Origin: Acidobacteriota bacterium
Lineage (GTDB): Bacteria > Acidobacteriota > CAIWXX01
DNA: 64,000 bases
NCBI GenBank assembly: GCA_040755995.1
Contig: JBFMAF010000012.1
Coordinates: 1-64,000, forward strand
Direction: 5' to 3'
Shown here: in pieces, positions 28,064-37,252 of the stretch
Numbering within the stretch: position 1 is the stretch's first letter
Layout of the letters: every line of letters starts with the position of its first letter
Translations under genes and position numbers: made by a program
Notes under the pieces: model-generated
Databases searched by the model: none
Seen by the model: the letters and a program-made list of their open reading frames with translations, nothing else
What the model was told of the DNA's origin: nothing

Positions 28064-28570
28064 TTGACTACGAAATCCGCTGTCTATCGCACAATTACCG
28101 GAAGACCGTTGAAGATTGAGAACCTCAGTCCTGCTGAACGGAAGTTCCTCTTGCGAGTCGAGGAGAAGTACCGTTCCCGTCCCGAGTGGACACAGTTCGC
28201 CTCATGGTGGGTGACGCGCTTTAGGAAGGCAGGGATCCCGGCCGAGTCTGCTGTGCACCGCATTTGCCAAGATCTTGAGGCGCGCCTCGGGATTGTCCAG
28301 GGCAAGGTTGCGCCCCCGGACTACCGAGACTATCTCGCGGATTCGATCGATGCACAATACGGGTCCCGCTACAAGTTCTGCGAGCAGACCGGCATCGACC
28401 AGGGGCAGCTCAGTCGAATCCTGGCCGGCCGGGCAGACCTCTCGATCCCAGCACTTCAGAAGATCCTACACATCCTCGGCGCAGTCATGGTCATTGAGCC
28501 GGAGGACGCGGTGGAGGCGAGGCTCGGCCCTGATGAGGCGAGCCGCACTCTGGAGGCCCTCACCGCCTAG
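28064..28570 (+). CDS. XRE-family helix-turn-helix protein (C-terminal HTH)
   Basis: YKFCEQTGIDQGQLSRILAGRADLS. A GGAGG RBS precedes TTG 28064. Confidence 0.8.
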   Translation: MTTKSAVYRTITGRPLKIENLSPAERKFLLRVEEKYRSRPEWTQFASWWVTRFRKAGIPAESAVHRICQDLEARLGIVQGKVAPPDYRDYLADSIDAQYGSRYKFCEQTGIDQGQLSRILAGRADLSIPALQKILHILGAVMVIEPEDAVEARLGPDEASRTLEALTA

Positions 28571-28594
28571 GACAGGCTCGACCCGTCGCCGAAA

Positions 28595-30205
28595 CTACCG
28601 TCCCTGCGGACCTCCCACCAGAAACGCCCGGTCGATGATGCGGCCCTCGGACCTGTAGCGCAGACTGCCAAGAGTCTTCATGTGGTCGCGAACGGCGTCG
28701 TACACGAAGACTCCGGTGTCAACTTTCGAGTACGGCTCCAGCCCCATGGATTCGAGGAAATCGAGTAGCTTCTCGGGGAGGGCCACTCGGTAGAGCCCCA
28801 TCGGATACATCGGGTATCCGTCGATCATGACGGATGTGGGATCGATGCGGCTGACCGAGCCCAGGGGCGCCGGCGGCTTGCTCGAGTCGTATGCGAACGT
28901 CAGGCCAGATGACTGCATCGAAAAGCTGTCATCGTATTCGACATACCTCACCGAGAACTCAAGACCCGCGAGGATCTGAAGCCCGACAAGCTGTACCACG
29001 TAGATCTTGAATCCGAGGCCTGATGTCGGATCGTACCCATACGGGACCGATCGCATGATATCCTCGCCCACCACCTTGCCCTTGTAGACCTTGTGCCCGA
29101 TGTATCCCATGGCTTGAAGCGAGCAGTCGGCTACGAAACCGGCGTTTTCCACCGAGGACTTCATCGCGTCAGCGATGAGATTCCCGACAGGTGTGTCGCG
29201 GTAGGGCGAGCCGGCAGTCCACTTGGCGTTCAGATCCCATGCCGCCGTGGCCACTCGCTCGGTGAAGACCATGCCGAATCGCGCATCATCCTGAATGCCC
29301 CGCTTTAGCGCCGTCACTGTCTGAGCGGTTGTCGGTTCCTCGGGGATATCCGGAGTGATCTGGTGGAGCTTGTAATTCTGCAGGCTCACGGCCTGGCCGT
29401 CGTAATCGACGGCGAGCTCGCCAAGATACTTCCCGTATTCACCGGCTTGAACGATGACCTTGCCGTTTGTCACGATCGGTTGTTTGAGCGCGTCATGAGA
29501 GTGACCGCCGACTATTATGTCGATTCCCGGAACCTGCGAGAGGCCCAGTGTGTCAGCCGCAAGGCCCAGGTGGGAAATGCACACGACGACTTCGCAGCCC
29601 TGGCTGCGGAGCGCCGCCGCTTGAGCCCCCGCCGCCCGGTAAGGATTCCTCCAGAGGGCGGCCACGTCCGATGAGTAGTACTGCGCTCCGGTAGTTGTGA
29701 CTCCCACGATCCCCACCTTGATTCCACCAACATCCTTTATCAGACGAGGCTGCACGAACTGCCTCAGCCCAGGATGATCCTTCAGGTTGATGTTCGCGCA
29801 AAGAAAGGGCATCGCGATGGGAGAGCTCTGCGCGATCGAGCCGCTGATGACACCGGTGAGCACGTCGATCCCCAGGTCGAACTCATGATTGCCCAGGCAC
29901 ATGGCGTCGTACAGAGACTCCATGATCTTCAGCTCGGGATAGCCCAGGTACTTGTTGAACTCGAAAGTCCCGACGAAAACGTCGCCTGCATTGAGCACGA
30001 GCACGTTTTCATCTTTGGCCTTCAGCCGCCCGACGAGCGTCGCCATCCTGGCAATGCCGCCGTAGGTATCGGATGGGCCGTACGGAGTGAGAGTGGAATG
30101 CGTGTCGTTAGTGTGCAGAACCGTAAGAGTTTCAGCCCAGCTCGGTGAGAACGCCGGGAGAAGAACAAACGAAATTAACGCGATGATCCCGATCGAACGC
30201 TTCAT
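28595..30205 (-). CDS. Secreted bifunctional metallophosphatase/5'-nucleotidase
   Basis: Signal peptide, LHTNDTHS, AGD, GNHEFD, SHLG and GGHSH. Confidence 0.92.
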   Translation of the reverse strand: MKRSIGIIALISFVLLPAFSPSWAETLTVLHTNDTHSTLTPYGPSDTYGGIARMATLVGRLKAKDENVLVLNAGDVFVGTFEFNKYLGYPELKIMESLYDAMCLGNHEFDLGIDVLTGVISGSIAQSSPIAMPFLCANINLKDHPGLRQFVQPRLIKDVGGIKVGIVGVTTTGAQYYSSDVAALWRNPYRAAGAQAAALRSQGCEVVVCISHLGLAADTLGLSQVPGIDIIVGGHSHDALKQPIVTNGKVIVQAGEYGKYLGELAVDYDGQAVSLQNYKLHQITPDIPEEPTTAQTVTALKRGIQDDARFGMVFTERVATAAWDLNAKWTAGSPYRDTPVGNLIADAMKSSVENAGFVADCSLQAMGYIGHKVYKGKVVGEDIMRSVPYGYDPTSGLGFKIYVVQLVGLQILAGLEFSVRYVEYDDSFSMQSSGLTFAYDSSKPPAPLGSVSRIDPTSVMIDGYPMYPMGLYRVALPEKLLDFLESMGLEPYSKVDTGVFVYDAVRDHMKTLGSLRYRSEGRIIDRAFLVGGPQGR

Positions 30206-30569
30206 CTGGATTCCTCCTTGCGGTAACGGGTGCTGGTCATGTCCCTGTGCTCGCTGCCGGATTGTGTCCAATCTAGGCCCCTTTCCGAGCGCTGTCAAGT
30301 CTGGTGGAGCGAAACGAACGAGTGCACAGTGGATTCGGAGGCGAAGGCCCCGTCAACGCGTGCCCGTACCCGTACCCGAGAAGGAGCGATCGAAAACGGT
30401 TTCATGCTCCGGCCGCCGAATCCGTTATACCCATATTGAGGGGAGAAAGTGTACGCCGGTGCTGCATGCGAGCTGGATCACGTGTGCGTACGCGTCAGTG
30501 CTCCGGCTCGTCGTGAGGCCCGGAGAGCGTAGACGCGATCTCCACCTCATAGAAATCAAGGAGGATCTT

Positions 30570-31403
30570 ATGCGGGGACCCAGAGCGGGGTTCGGGTTTC
30601 TTCTCGCGCTCTTGGTGAGCGGCAGTCCGTTGCTGGCCAAGACCGGGGTTGTCTTCGTCCACGGCAAGGGCGGGTCGAATCTTGCCCAGACGAGCGTGGC
30701 ACGAGCCTACTGGACCGAGTCCATGATCAGCGCCACCACCAAGGGCAACACGATTCCGTCCCTGGTGTGCCACTACGATGGGACTCAATACATGTGGGTG
30801 GCAGCCGGACAGGTCGCCGGGCAGATCTCTTCGTGGATGTACGCCAATGCGATAGACGACATCGTGGTGGAGACGCATTCCTTCGGGGGTGTGGTCATCA
30901 GGTGGATTCTCTCCAACCCGAGCTACGATTCCCGATACCCTGCAATCATCAGCCGGATACGCTGGGTCAACTCCATCGCCCCTCCGAACAAGGGCTCTGA
31001 GGCCGCCAATCTTGCCGGCACGCTCTCCGGCTCGTGGCTGACCGGATGGCTCGTTGACTTGGTCGGCCAGAACAACGATTCGACTCGCAACTGCCGCACG
31101 GACTACATGGCTTATTACAACCAGTACTACTTGAAGGGGACTTCGGGCCGCCCGGCGCTGCCCAAATCTCTGTACAACATCGCCGGGACTGGGCTTTGGA
31201 ACGACTTCGCGCATGCAGAGGACTACGGACTGGCGACACTCTCAGGTATCTCAGGCCTGCCCGGCCAGGATGACGGGATGGTCGCGCAGTACAGCGCGCA
31301 GGCAGCTGGCTCTGTCTGGTTCACAACCGACGCGAATCACCACCACAATCGTCGAAACGACTACCGCAAGATCGGCGATACACTCGCCACTGACTTCAGG
31401 TGA
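30570..31403 (+). CDS. Secreted alpha/beta-hydrolase (lipase-like)
   Basis: Signal peptide, VFVHG, THSFGG nucleophile elbow and DGMV. It has an AAGGAGG RBS. Confidence 0.8.
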   Translation: MRGPRAGFGFLLALLVSGSPLLAKTGVVFVHGKGGSNLAQTSVARAYWTESMISATTKGNTIPSLVCHYDGTQYMWVAAGQVAGQISSWMYANAIDDIVVETHSFGGVVIRWILSNPSYDSRYPAIISRIRWVNSIAPPNKGSEAANLAGTLSGSWLTGWLVDLVGQNNDSTRNCRTDYMAYYNQYYLKGTSGRPALPKSLYNIAGTGLWNDFAHAEDYGLATLSGISGLPGQDDGMVAQYSAQAAGSVWFTTDANHHHNRRNDYRKIGDTLATDFR

Positions 31404-31411
31404 AGGGGGAA

Positions 31412-32602
31412 ATGAAAGTGCGACGTTCTCATCTGATAGCGTCATTCGCAATAGTTCTGGCCGCTGCACCGCAGGCCCTGCTGGCCTCAGAAGCAGCCGT
31501 CACAGGCAGTTTTCCCGAGGGCCAGCTTTACTCGCCGCCTGAATTCCACGCCCCGGCCCATGTCTCACGCTTCTCGGTGCAGACCCTGGAGCTTGTTGGT
31601 GCGCGTGCGACGGTGGAGGTGATGGCGAGGGGCGAGGGGCCGTTGTGGGTCTGGATCGTGCCGATTGCCGATATAGCGCGTGCGGAGACGGATGCGCGTG
31701 TCGCGTGCACCATTATCAGCCCGGCCGGGCGTGAGCTGGAGGCCGGTGAAGGGAGCGCCCGCGTTCGGGAATTCGATGTGCTGGTAGAGGAGTTTGGGAT
31801 CGACGCCTCGATGGCGCAGAAGGCTTTTGAACTGAGGGAGCCGGAGGCAGGAGTGTACAGGGTCGAGATCCGAAGCGACGTGCCCGCGGTGACGGTGGTC
31901 ACCGCCGAGCCTTCCTCCGAGCTCACTCTCAAGACGTGGGCAGGACCGCTGTCGCGACTGCCCGGGGAGCCTGTAGTACTTCACGCCGAGCTTCAGGACG
32001 GCTCCGCTCCGCTGGCTGGCGGTCACGTGACGGCTCGACTCGCCGCGCCGAACAAGAAGGCGGGCGGTGAGCCCGTCGATCTATTCGACGACGGGCAGCA
32101 CGCAGACGGCGCTGCGGGGGACGGGGTCTACGCTGTCGGGATGAGCGAGCTTGAAGATGGAGGGGCTGGATTCTGGACGGTCCGCTTCGAGGCCCAGGGC
32201 ACGGACGCTCGCGGTCTCCCCTTCGCTCGCACTGGCTCAGCTGGTTTCGTGAACGAGCCCGGCGCGGCCCGACTCACGAGAGATTCGGTTACGGCGAAGT
32301 TGGTGAGCTCGCGAGGTGGGCGGTACTTGCGTGTGGAAGCGACAACCAACGTCAGTGCACCCGGTTTGTATCGACTCCAGATCACCGTGGCTGGCGCTCC
32401 CGCGGCCGATGGCACGCGGAGGGCCTTGGCGTGGGGCGAGCTCACCCGGCAACTTCCTGTGGGTCGATCGAAGCTGGCTCTGGAGATCCCAGTCGAGCAG
32501 ATACGGGCAGCGGCCGCCGAGCCGCTATTCGTGGATATCCAGCTCGTTGGCCTGGAGCCCATGGGAGTTGCGGGTCGGACCGTGCTCGAGATCACGCCCT
32601 GA
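31412..32602 (+). CDS. Secreted protein with a choice-of-anchor X-like motif
   Basis: Signal peptide and LFDDGQHADGAAGDGVY. Confidence 0.7.
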   Translation: MKVRRSHLIASFAIVLAAAPQALLASEAAVTGSFPEGQLYSPPEFHAPAHVSRFSVQTLELVGARATVEVMARGEGPLWVWIVPIADIARAETDARVACTIISPAGRELEAGEGSARVREFDVLVEEFGIDASMAQKAFELREPEAGVYRVEIRSDVPAVTVVTAEPSSELTLKTWAGPLSRLPGEPVVLHAELQDGSAPLAGGHVTARLAAPNKKAGGEPVDLFDDGQHADGAAGDGVYAVGMSELEDGGAGFWTVRFEAQGTDARGLPFARTGSAGFVNEPGAARLTRDSVTAKLVSSRGGRYLRVEATTNVSAPGLYRLQITVAGAPAADGTRRALAWGELTRQLPVGRSKLALEIPVEQIRAAAAEPLFVDIQLVGLEPMGVAGRTVLEITP

Positions 32603-32736
32603 CGTCATCTGCGTTCCCGAGCGGGCGGCGTCGCTGATTGAACGCAGCGAGAGGTCGTGATAGCGTTCTGCGCCGAAGAACATGACCGGGTCTACGGCTG
32701 ACATCGGTCCGCGAGAGGACTGAATACGGAGGGCAC

Positions 32737-33390
32737 ATGACGCTGGCATCCCAACAGGCTCTTATAGGGCTTCGCGACCTGTCCACCTTGCAGTGGTATG
32801 TGATACCACTCCTCGCGCTGGTTCTCTACGTCTACGCGACCGAGATCAAGCGTGCGCGCATCTCGGGTGACTGGAACTCAGTATTCGCTGGTCTCACCCT
32901 GTTCGGTATGGATTGCGTGAACGAGACATGGAACGGATGGGTTCTGGTGCTGACTGGGAGATCGGCCTGCTGGACGGCTCCTGGGCCCACGGCTCTCCGC
33001 ACCATGGTGGGTTGGAACATCGAGATCATGTTCATGTTCGCCATAGCCGGGATCGTCTTCTATCACACGCTGGGAGAGGATCGCAGGCACAAGATACTCG
33101 GGCTGCCCGAGCCGTGGTTCTGGGCCGTCGTCTACTCGGCGTTCTGCGTTCTTGTCGAAGTGCTTCTGAACATCGGCGGACTGCTCGTTTGGGAGTACGC
33201 GTTCTGGAACCGGTCGCTTGGAGGCGTGTGGCTGATCTTCCTCCTCGGCTACTTCATCTTCTTTGCGGCGGTCATTCTGGTGACCGGAATGCGCTCCAAC
33301 CGGGGTAAGCTCCTGGTCATAGGCACCATCTACGGGGTGGCGGTCATGATGAACATCCTCGGGATGGGCGCCTTCGGGTGGGTCTACTGA
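32737..33390 (+). CDS. Hypothetical integral membrane protein
   Basis: Multiple TM helices and a GGAGG RBS. Confidence 0.75.
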   Translation: MTLASQQALIGLRDLSTLQWYVIPLLALVLYVYATEIKRARISGDWNSVFAGLTLFGMDCVNETWNGWVLVLTGRSACWTAPGPTALRTMVGWNIEIMFMFAIAGIVFYHTLGEDRRHKILGLPEPWFWAVVYSAFCVLVEVLLNIGGLLVWEYAFWNRSLGGVWLIFLLGYFIFFAAVILVTGMRSNRGKLLVIGTIYGVAVMMNILGMGAFGWVY

Positions 33391-33445
33391 CGACAAGTCG
33401 CGCCCGGGTCATTCCGTACCGCCGTTGGGCGCTATCAGGCCCGGG

Positions 33446-33473
33446 TTGACTCGCCCCGACGTTCGCATAGAAT
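33446..33473 (+). promoter_or_regulatory. Sigma70-like promoter of glnA
   Basis: TTGACT-16 nt-TAGAAT. Confidence 0.5.
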
Positions 33474-33537
33474 GGCGCAGACGCCGGGAGCCGGAGGCGG
33501 CTGACCCTCGGCCCTGCTGAGTTCTGACGAAGCGAGG

Positions 33538-34881
33538 ATGAACATGAACATCAACACAGGCGACCTGCTCGAGCGGGCGAAAGCCGATGCAGTCCAGTTC
33601 GTGAGTCTGCAGCTGACGGACGTGATCGGCGCGATCAAGAACATCACCATTCCGGTTCACAAGCTGGGCGAGGCTCTGGAACACGGGATCTGGTTCGACG
33701 GTTCGTCGATCCAGGGGTTCGCGCGCATCTACGAAAGCGACATGTTCATGATGCCCGATGCGAGGACGTATCGTGTGCTGCCGTGGACGGAGGGAGACCA
33801 TCGCGTGGCGCGCATCATCTGCGATGCGTACACGCCGGATGGCGAGCCCTTCCAGGGTGACCCGCGCCGTGTGTTGAGAAACGTGATGGGGCGGGCTGAG
33901 GCCATGGGCTACCGCTTCACCACCAGCTCCGAGCCGGAGTTCTTCCTCTTCCGCAAGCAGGACAACGCCGAGCCGGTGCCGCATGACGTGGCCGGGTACT
34001 TCGATTTCTCGCCCAGGGACCTGGCGTCCGAAGTGCGCCAGGACATCATTCTTGCGCTCGAGGCGCTTGGGATTGAAGTGGAACGCGGTCATCATGAGGT
34101 CGCGGTCGGCCAGCACGAGATCAACTTCCGCTACGCGGACGCGCTGACAAGCGCAGACGCACTCATGACGTTCAAGTACACGGTCAAGGCCATCGCGCAG
34201 GAGCACGGTCTCTATGGCACGTTCATGCCCAAGCCGATCGTGGGCACCAACGGCTCCGGAATGCACACCCACCAGAGCTTCTTCGATTCTTCCGGTGAGA
34301 ACAACCTGTTTTACGATCCCGCCGATCCATATCGGCTATCGCAGCTGGCCTACCGTTTCCTCGCCGGACAGCTCGAACACGCCAGGGCGCTCGCGGCTCT
34401 CGTCGCCCCCACGGTGAATTCGTACAAGCGCCTCGTCCCAGGATACGAGGCCCCCGTTTACATCTGCTGGGGCCAGATAAACCGCTCCGCGCTCATGCGC
34501 ATACCCCGATACACCAAGGGCCGAGAGAAGTCCACGCGCATGGAGCTGCGCTGCCCGGACCCAAGCTGCAACCCCTACCTGGCGCTGGCAGCGATGCTTG
34601 CCGCCGGGCTGGACGGTATCGAGCGGAAGCTGGAGGCACCGCAGGCGATAGAGGAGAGCGCATACGAACTCAGCGAAGAAGAGCTTAGAAAGCGCAGCAT
34701 CGGAGTCCTTCCGGGCTCGCTCGAAGAGGCGCTGCGCGAGTTGGAGAAGGATTCCTACTTGCGTTCCGCGATCGGAGATCGCGCGTACTCGGCCTTCGCA
34801 CGCGCCAAGCGCCGCGAGTGGGACGACTACCGTCTCCAGGTCAGCAAGTGGGAGTGGTCGCGGTATTTCGAGGCCGTCTAG
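33538..34881 (+). CDS. glnA: Glutamine synthetase, type I
   Basis: Motifs FDGSSI, EPEFF, HHEVA..QHEI, FMPKP..NGSGMH, NSYKRLVPGYEAP and ELRCPD. Confidence 0.95.
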   Translation: MNMNINTGDLLERAKADAVQFVSLQLTDVIGAIKNITIPVHKLGEALEHGIWFDGSSIQGFARIYESDMFMMPDARTYRVLPWTEGDHRVARIICDAYTPDGEPFQGDPRRVLRNVMGRAEAMGYRFTTSSEPEFFLFRKQDNAEPVPHDVAGYFDFSPRDLASEVRQDIILALEALGIEVERGHHEVAVGQHEINFRYADALTSADALMTFKYTVKAIAQEHGLYGTFMPKPIVGTNGSGMHTHQSFFDSSGENNLFYDPADPYRLSQLAYRFLAGQLEHARALAALVAPTVNSYKRLVPGYEAPVYICWGQINRSALMRIPRYTKGREKSTRMELRCPDPSCNPYLALAAMLAAGLDGIERKLEAPQAIEESAYELSEEELRKRSIGVLPGSLEEALRELEKDSYLRSAIGDRAYSAFARAKRREWDDYRLQVSKWEWSRYFEAV

Positions 34882-35753
34882 ACGCGGCGGGCCCGCGCGA
34901 CCGCACGGGGGTGATCGAGGTTACCCCATTCCACGCACACGTCCCTGAGCCCGCAGGCCGAGCACAGCCGCGGATCGCGGCGATGGGGGCACTCGCGCCT
35001 TATGCCGAGTTGCGCTATTGCGAAGTCGTACTTCACCGGATCGCGCGGATCCAACAGGCGCAGCGATGCTGTGATCTCTGCGGCGGTGGTCCAGTCGTTG
35101 GATCGGCGCGAAGTAAGGCCGAGGAGGCGCCCGATACGCGCCACGTGCGTATCCAGCGGGATCATGAGATCGGCGGGGTCGATGCACTTCCATAGGCCGA
35201 GGTCCGGTGGCTCGTCCCTCGCGACCCATCGCAAGAACATGTTCAGACGCTTGCACGGACTGCCGCGCGCGACGGGATCAGGAAAGAAGAAGCCAAAGGA
35301 CTTCCCCGGTCGAATCCGGGCGCTCTTGGAGATTCCCAACAACTTCGATGAGAAGCTGGCGATCGCCGCGCGCAAATCGCCGCGATAGCCGTCGGCGAAC
35401 ACAGCCTCGATCGAGCCCCATTGTCGGAGGACCTCGCCCACTGTCAGCAGCAACAGTCGCAGGTCCGCCGGGCCGTGAAACCGGTGGCAAAATCCACGGA
35501 AGCGCATTGGATGGCGGGCCGTGTAGCCAGGCAGGAAGCCGGCCGGCCCTGGCGTCAGCCGCTCCATCACGAATCGCAGGCTGCGGAAGATCTGCTTCAC
35601 GTTGCCGTATGCGAACTGGGCAGCGATGAACGCCACAACCTCGCGATCCGCAGCGGTCGCGTACTGGTGCGGGAACCATACGGGGTCGCAATCGAAGTTC
35701 TTCGTATCCCGGTGGAGACCGTCCAGGCGGCGCTTCAGCCGTGCCAGTCTCAT
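34878..35753 (-). CDS. TIGR02757 family protein (DUF2400)
   Basis: Motifs DPVWFPH, FAYGNVKQI, CKRLNMFLRW, PLDTHV and DPVKYDFA. Confidence 0.88.
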   Translation of the reverse strand: MRLARLKRRLDGLHRDTKNFDCDPVWFPHQYATAADREVVAFIAAQFAYGNVKQIFRSLRFVMERLTPGPAGFLPGYTARHPMRFRGFCHRFHGPADLRLLLLTVGEVLRQWGSIEAVFADGYRGDLRAAIASFSSKLLGISKSARIRPGKSFGFFFPDPVARGSPCKRLNMFLRWVARDEPPDLGLWKCIDPADLMIPLDTHVARIGRLLGLTSRRSNDWTTAAEITASLRLLDPRDPVKYDFAIAQLGIRRECPHRRDPRLCSACGLRDVCVEWGNLDHPRAVARARRV

Positions 35754-35780
35754 CGCGTGTACTCGCAGTTGGTGCTCTTC

Positions 35781-35813
35781 ACCGCGTCTCCGTGTCGCCG
35801 CGTCACCGCGTCG
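35781..35813. repeat. Degenerate octamer tandem repeat
   Basis: CCGCGTCT CCGTGTCG CCGCGTCA CCGCGTCG. Confidence 0.6.
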
Positions 35814-35976
35814 CCTCCCATCGTGAACTACCACATCTTGTGGCCCCCACTCCGAGGCCGGAACAGCCTATAATGTAGACGTTTGCGCGCCAGTTGTCAC
35901 GAACACGCGGCGCGCCGGCCCGGAATGAGAGTCGAATCGCAATGAAAGCGTCCATGCAGCCAGGGGCTGTTGAGCC

Positions 35977-37179
35977 GTGGTAGCGCCCACTCTCATCTTC
36001 CTCGCGACCTACCTGGTCCTCGCGTTCGGGCGCATGCCCCCGTATCGCATCGACCGGACCGGCGCGGCGATCATCGGCGCCAGCCTGATGATCGCCTTCG
36101 ACGTGCTCACGCTCGGCGAGGCCTACGCCGCCGTGAACTATGACACGATCATGCTGCTCTTCGGCACGATGATCGTGGTGGCCAACCTGAGGCTGTCCGG
36201 GTTCTTCTCGGCTGTGAGCGAATGGGTGGTGGAGCACGCGCATAGACCGATCGTGCTGCTGATCTCGATCGTCGCGGTCTCAGGCATCTTCTCCGCCTTC
36301 TTCGTCAACGACACCATGTGCATCGTACTCACGCCTCTGGTGCTCGAGATCATGGCCGCGCTCGGGCGCAACCCGATCCCGTACCTGCTGGCGGTGGCGA
36401 TGGCGTCGAACGTCGGGAGCGTCGCGACGATCACGGGCAATCCCCAGAACATGATGATAGGCAGCTTCTCGGGCATCCCGTACCGGCAGTTCGTCACGGC
36501 GCTCTCTCCCGTTGCCATTCTGGGCCTTTTCGCCACCATAGTGGTGATTGCGTGCGTCTACGGGAAGGAGTTCCGGCTCGACCAGAGGATGACAATCGAG
36601 CGCCGTCCTGCTCGGGTGAATCGCGTGCTCATGTGGAAGGCGATCGCCGCCTCGGTCGGGATGATCGTCTTCTTCTTCCTCGGCTGGCCGGTGCCCAAGG
36701 TGGCGCTGGTGGCGGGAGCGCTGCTTCTGATCACCCGCCGCGTGAAGCCCGAGAAGGTTTATATGCAGATCGACTGGCAGTTGCTCGTTCTCTTTGTGGG
36801 CCTGTTCATCGTCGTGGCGGGCATGGAGAAGACGATCATGTCGAGCGACCTGCCGGGCCTTGTCTCTCAGTTCCAACTAGAGGAGATCGGCTGGCTGAGC
36901 ACGTTGACGGCGATTCTCTCAAACCTGGTGAGCAACGTGCCGGCCGTGCTGGTGCTGAAGCCCTTCCTTGCTCACTTCGCGAACCCCACCCGCGGATGGC
37001 TGACGATCGCGATGGCCTCCACACTCGCCGGCAACCTCACAATCCTCGGCTCGGTCGCCAATCTCATCGTCGTCCAGCGCGCACGCCGCACGGTCGAGAT
37101 CACCTTCTGGGAGTATTTCAAGGCGGGCGCACCGCTCACGGTTATCACCATCCTGATCGGCATCCTGATTCTGGGCTGA
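35977..37179 (+). CDS. Anion transporter (ArsB/NhaD/CitMHS superfamily)
   Basis: Motifs FFVND, SNVGSVATITGNPQN, SNVPA and GNLTILGSVANLIV. Confidence 0.9.
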   Translation: MVAPTLIFLATYLVLAFGRMPPYRIDRTGAAIIGASLMIAFDVLTLGEAYAAVNYDTIMLLFGTMIVVANLRLSGFFSAVSEWVVEHAHRPIVLLISIVAVSGIFSAFFVNDTMCIVLTPLVLEIMAALGRNPIPYLLAVAMASNVGSVATITGNPQNMMIGSFSGIPYRQFVTALSPVAILGLFATIVVIACVYGKEFRLDQRMTIERRPARVNRVLMWKAIAASVGMIVFFFLGWPVPKVALVAGALLLITRRVKPEKVYMQIDWQLLVLFVGLFIVVAGMEKTIMSSDLPGLVSQFQLEEIGWLSTLTAILSNLVSNVPAVLVLKPFLAHFANPTRGWLTIAMASTLAGNLTILGSVANLIVVQRARRTVEITFWEYFKAGAPLTVITILIGILILG

Positions 37180-37252
37180 CCGTGGTCCTGGTGTGACGGC
37201 CGTCACCGCGCGGATGGGGCGTTTCGAGCGAGACTATGTACAGAGGTGTCCC

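Noticed and set aside
33474..33537. Glutamine riboswitch, glmS ribozyme or ANTAR hairpins upstream of glnA
   Set aside because: AATGGCGC and GACGAAGC are suggestive, but I could not form the required stems or consensus.
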